Source: Vicugna vicugna (Eukaryota). Taken from it: 64,000 nucleotides of DNA. A program made the translations under genes and the position numbers. Location of the stretch: the NCBI GenBank assembly GCA_013265495.1, contig MU062062.1, positions 2,090,747 through 2,154,746 on the forward strand. Direction: 5' to 3'. Below are positions 58,974-64,000 of the stretch, one piece after another (position 1 is the stretch's first letter; the number at the start of each line of letters is the position of its first letter). The notes under the pieces were generated by a model that saw only the letters and a program-made list of their open reading frames with translations, had not been told where the DNA came from and did no database searches.

Positions 58974-61900
58974 CGCAGTCTGGGTCCCACCTGTCAGTCA
59001 CCAGCAAGACCAAGGGCGAGGGTCCAAGACCTCTCTTCTTGGTCGTGAAGCAGGGCTGGCGACCTTGACCCCACAGGTGATTTGGAGGCACACGGAACGC
59101 ACCGGGGGCTCCTGGCCTCCCTTCTCCGCTGGATAACTCTCCAGTTATCTTGAAAGGTTTTACGACCCTGCAGGTCCCTGAAGACCCACCCGGCGGCCCT
59201 TCTCCTCCTCTGGCAGTGGAGGTACACACGCCACCCAACAGCGGCCTGTTTCCAACACTGGCCGGTCAGACTCGGTGGACGACCGAGTCCAGGGATGTTC
59301 ATCGGACCCCAACGGGTCCCCCTGGATCCAAGGGTCACCCAGGATTGTGGGTGACGCCTCTCACTGTTGGTCTTTTGGTTTGGCCAGTAAATCAGATGAC
59401 TGCAGAGTTTTAGAAACCCTAACCTAGCCCCTTCTTTTATAGAAATGACCCCCAGACCGTGTGGAAGCTCCAGTCTTGCGCGAGTCCAGGCTGGCGGGGG
59501 GAGGTTGGAGACGGGTCCCGACGCCGCTTCAGAGGGGCCCTCCCACCAGCGGGAGGGGCTGTCAGTGACTCTGCAGTGAGAAAAGCGTGAACTGACTTTG
59601 TCTTCGGTGTGGCTTTCATTCCTCTTCCTGGAAGTGCCTTTTCCCCCAGCTTTACCCCCTGGTGCTGCCCGGCTCTGGACAGACAGTGACGGACCCTGGG
59701 CTTTGGTGCCGTGCAGACCACGTGCACTGCACCTTCTCCGTCCCCCCGAGATCCACCATCTAAGACCCAGATTTTGACCCAGGCTGAGAACACAGCCAAC
59801 TGAAATCTTGTGTTTGCAGAAACACCCCCATCCCCACCCCCACAGTCCTTCTCCGAAGCTAACCCTGCTGCCGAGAGAAGACATGGACCCAACCGAGTCT
59901 GTGGCAGGGCGGAGACGCCTTCTCGACCGCACCTTCTGCTGACCTGACCCTGGAAGAGCAGGTCACGGTCCTCGGGGAGCCAACAGAGCCACCATGTGCT
60001 CCCCTACAGTTTGTGAAGATGCCCACCTGCTTTGATGATGAAAGAGATTAAAAGCAGACACCACCAAACAAAGCAAAAGTATCAACCAGTCCAGGGCAGA
60101 GTGGATTTGTGCCAAGCTGAAAATTCTCCAGGTCAGCCCTTTCGCTGAGACAGAGGGCTTTCCCAGCGTCAGAGATGAGTGGTTTCTGTGGGCACGGGAT
60201 GTCCTGGTCCTTCTAAGACAGATGGCGTGTCGTCTATGACAGGTACCCACCTACCAGAGACCACGGGCAGCATTTACAAAGTGTCCGAAGACACAGAGGT
60301 CTGGGATGGCCCCTTTGATGTGACTCGTGCCCAAGTCGGAGCTGTTCCTGCAGCCCCACGTCTGTGCAGGACCTGGTCTCTGAGACAGCAGGGACGTCTG
60401 TAGCCAAGCAGAAAGGGAACAGGTCGTACGTGTGATTGTTCTGCGGCCCCAGACAGGCGGAGAATCAAATTGGTCTGGAATCCAATCAGCGTCAACCAGA
60501 AAACCGCCTGTCCTGCAGCGCTGCTTCCTGGGCCCAAACGTCGGCTCTCGCGGTCGGTCACCTCCCTGCCACCCTGTGCCCTCTAACTCTTAGGCCTGGG
60601 GGGAGGGAGCCGCCCCAGAGGAGGGGGCTGTCCCCCGCGCAAGTCCGAGGACCCACGCTCAGGGAGGCCGTCCTGGACGGGAAATCCATGCCTTGTTCTA
60701 GTCAGCGCTTCCGATGAAGAATGGAACCTGGTTTTCTCGTTTCAGCATTTTCCGGGGGGAGGGGGCGGGTAGAAGGAGGGCATGGCTAAAACCGCACATT
60801 TTATTTGACAGAGATCTGAAGGGGAGAATTGGAAATGGGGAAAGAATGATAAAAAATGAAGTTAATCTGCAGAGTAGTTATTAGGGACCAGAAGCAGTGA
60901 ACTGGGAACAGTCGGTTGGAACCGCAGCACAAGATAGCTAAACTTTTGGTGGATTGAATTGAAATATGTAAGGCTGAACTTCCGAAGTCGCGTTTGACAA
61001 AGCCCTCACCAGCCAGCATGACCGGAGGGAGAAACGCCTGCCACAGGTCTGTGCTCTTCCTGCTCTTGATGAACTGCCCGTTCAGTTTGGGGACGTGTTT
61101 CTTCCTCAACGTCTCTTCCCCCTGGACTTGCTTCAGCGAGTGTTTCTCATTTGAAATAGGTGCTCTTGTTTCAGGACATCGTAACTCACACCAGCGATTC
61201 CTGCTCACGTTGCGAAGTCCCACAGCTGGATTCAGCAACAACAGAGCCCCGTGCCAGGAACCCCAAGGCAGAGCGAGCGCCAGGCCGGCCCACGGCGCTG
61301 CCTGTGCAGCCGAGGGACCCGAAGACGGGCCCGGGTGGGTGCCTCGAGGAGACACCACGATTATGCAGCTCTGAGAACAGGGCCGCCCCTCTTGTAGTCC
61401 AACCAGTTATCTTGAAAGGTTTACGACTCACGCTCTGAACTTCTCAGAGCATTTGAAACGATGACATCAACAAGGTGAGACAGTGCGGATCACTGGAACG
61501 ACTTCGACAAAAGGAAGGGTGTCAGATTCGGTTCTAACCCTGGCGCCCCACAGCCAGGGCTGGGGTGGGCCGTGAGCCTCTGCCCCAGTGCACAGAGGAG
61601 CTGGACCGCCCAGCGGCACGCCCGGCACTCAGCCAGCCCCCAGTGCAGCCACGACAGGGCCAGGTCTGCGCATCCTTCAGCTGCGCCGTCAGAGTCGCTC
61701 CTGAGTGAAAACCACCCTCAGCGTTTTGTCTTCCCCGATTCTTGGGTATTTGCCCAAGGACTGGGATTTATTTTGCAAAAAAGCACACACACCCCTACAC
61801 CACGTGCTCACAAACACGGACTGTGTGAATCTGCTTTTTCTCTCTCCCAGTAATTAACTGACTTTGTAAAGTCGATTCCTGATTGTGGATAAAACTCACA

Positions 61901-63364
61901 AAGCAGATCTTTAAATAAAAGACAGGGGGAAACGTCTTGGATTCGTCCTGAAACTACCCAGCTCCTTAGTCTCCCGCCTGCCGACTCCTGTGTCCTGAGT
62001 CGCGCTCGGCTGCCAGGCTGCTGCCCTGTCTCTGCGGCGGGTCGTGGGGGCCACAGTGCAGAGGTGGGTGCTGCCGCCCACCGCAAAGGCCACCGCCCCT
62101 GAGAACGGGTGATGGAGACCGGGAGTAACGAGCTGGAACTTCCCGAAAGTAATTCTTCGCAGCACGAAGGACAAGAATAAAACTCTGCCTGACACGGAGA
62201 GCCCTCCGTGGACTGAGAAAGTGTAATTTTTCCTGCAGAGAACCCTTGTGGTCTTCTGAGGGCGAGCAGGCGATAGGAAATGTCTTCTCCACGAGGAATT
62301 CCTCGTAATTCATAAGCAGCTGACCCTAAATGCAGTTGCAAAGGTCATTCTTACTTTATAACGAGAAGAAATATCTAAGGAACTTTCAAAGCCTTCATTT
62401 TCCTTCCCCAGCCGTGCAGTAGCCACACATCGTGATATAGACTCACCTGCCTTTCTACGCGGGGATATCCCCTTAACAAATATTCGGGGTGGGGGTGGGG
62501 CGGGTCCCCACGACGTATCCCACGGAGAATCTGAAGGGACAGAGGGATGTGCAAGAGTCCAATGCAGCCTTTAAACGTGCAGCGCACTGAACGGGCACCA
62601 GGTACTCAGGACGTGAAGGAGCAAGGGTGACCACGACAGAACTCATTCAGGAAGTCACTGTGAGCGCGAGGCAGACACAGTGACGAGGCTACGGCCTCGG
62701 TGGAGGAGTCTCGTCTGAGTAGCAGTGAGTGACATTCAAATGCCTCACGGAACCCTACTGTTTGGCGGCCCCCTGCTGTGAATTCTTTGGTAAAGCAAAG
62801 AATAAATTTAAAATGAACTGGGGCTGAATTTATGCATTCCGTAAATTTGAATGATTGCATATTGGAGTTTCTTAAAATGGGTGACACATTTAGAAATCAC
62901 TGGATTTTACAACCAAGCTGTTTTTGAACAAGAGCTAATTGTGTTTACGTTTGTTACGAAGATGCGCGGAAACGGGCTATGAGTGGTCACATTAGCCACA
63001 GCAGCCAAATGTGAGGACCCACTTAGCACTGTTCAAATCCAAATTCCGTGCTGGGGGACGTGGAAGCCAGTCTATCTGTGATGCAGGCATCACTCTCTCT
63101 TGCATGCACTGAGCAGGATAAAGGGGCCAGGAGCCAGTTGCCAAGACAGCGAGATCATCAGGGAGGGCATATTCTGCTTTGACGACTTTTGAAACCCAAG
63201 AAAAGCGACAGAGAATTTCCTGCTTAGGCTGGAGTGTATTTATTCTGACTTACGACATGTCAGGATGCTTCTTAAGGTTCAGGAAGGGCATACACAACTG
63301 CAGTGTGTCCAGAGCTCCACGCAGCTCGCAGACAGCAGGTCTCCTGGCAGGGAGACTGGTTTCC

Positions 63365-63480
63365 ATGTGTCCATCCATCCGTGCGTCCGTCGGTCCATTC
63401 CTCCGTCATTTTGCAAATATTCAACGAGCAGTGCTCTGCCCTGGGGAACGTGTCTGGTGCTGGGAATGCACAGACGCGTG
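63365..63480 (-). mobile_element. L2 LINE 3'-end remnant
   Basis: ccatccatcc...ccattcctcc...caaatattcaacgagc...gtgtctggtgctgggaatgca has the antisense L2 tail pattern. Confidence 0.5.
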
Positions 63481-64000
63481 TCAGGTAAGCCCCAACCCTT
63501 GAGAACTGCCTGCAGCTGGCCTTGGGTTTCCCAGGCTTGGCCCAGTAACTCCGTGGGGAGGGCTGCCTGGGACCACGCTTGCAGCCCTGAGCCTCGCACC
63601 AGATCAGACTGCCTCAGGCCACGTTTTTATCAAGTAACTGGACAATTCTCAGTCACGCTAAGATTTCAGAATTAAACTCAGGGGAGGGTTTAGACAGGAG
63701 GAGATAATCGCATCACCCCTCCTGTGCTGCCGCAGCGATGCGTGCAGGGTTTCAGAAGCCTGAGGAGGCAGGGCACCCCGGATCCCGCCAGGAAGGACCG
63801 CGCGCAGGGAGGGCGCAGCTTTCCTGCTACAGAGGAGCCGCGCGAGAAGTCCCACGTACCCCGCGGAAAAGCCAATGGTGAGACAAGAAGTTCTTGCCAA
63901 CTCTAGACGACGTTTGGCTTGGTGAAAGGGAAGCTTCAGAATCACAGAAGATAGCCCACCTTGAGCTCTTAAAGAGTCACCTATTACGGCTGCAAACTTT

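Larger units (their letters stand above)
1..64000 (+). other. ADARB2: ADARB2 (ADAR3) gene body: 3' part of intron 1, exon 2, intron 2 (40908-46693), exon 3 and start of intron 3
   Basis: Two exons with canonical AG/GT boundaries splice in frame (CTC A|GT ACC) into ADAR3 sequence. No exon 1 or exon 4 sequence was recognised, so both flanks are inferred to be intronic. Confidence 0.9.

Noticed and set aside
58994-59932. 312-aa minus-strand ORF beside the LTR as a possible gag or env
   Set aside because: No retroviral motif was seen (no CCHC, MHR, protease, RT, or env CX6CC), and no clear polypurine tract lies next to the LTR.
61368-61450. Box C/D snoRNA (terminal stem plus CTGA at 61435-61438)
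   Set aside because: There is no RTGATGA box C near the 5' stem, and the best match, TGAGAA, is itself part of the stem.
1-64000. CRISPR array, rRNA/tRNA/snRNA genes, NUMT, processed pseudogene, ADARB2 exon 1 or exon 4
   Set aside because: The tandem repeats lack unique spacers, and no such gene or exon sequence was recognised. The only tRNA-like sequence is the head of the SINE at 36.4 kb.

Overview
This is GC-rich mammalian genomic DNA. It is probably camelid, judging from a tRNA-derived SINE at about 36.34-36.46 kb that resembles the camelid Vic family as I recall it. The window lies inside ADARB2 (ADAR3) on the + strand. It contains the 3' part of intron 1, exon 2 (40821-40907, 87 nt), intron 2, the large exon 3 encoding both dsRNA-binding domains (46694-47568, 875 nt) and the start of intron 3. 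Exon 1 (R-domain) and the deaminase exons were not found. The rest is intronic: dead L1 fragments, MaLR/ERV solo LTRs, MIR/L2 remnants, a split MER53, microsatellites and minisatellites, and three CpG-rich islands. No prokaryotic system, CRISPR array or structural RNA gene is supported. The best lead is a candidate internal promoter module 2.7-4 kb upstream of exon 2. It consists of an antisense LTR with four CCAAT boxes and two octamers, a (CCCCTTCCGG)6 array and a CRE. These are followed by an ATG-initiated, Arg-rich 78-codon frame that ends at a GTAGGT donor in the correct phase to join exon 2, which would make it an alternative first exon replacing the R-domain. Secondary leads are an in-frame alternative donor adding 18 aa after dsRBD2, a cryptic donor 5 nt inside exon 2, two CACCTG E-box minisatellites, and a duplicated 25-mer associated with hairpins at 59-61 kb. 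Repeat-family names come from recalled consensus sequences, not from a search. All regulatory and isoform claims are untested hypotheses.
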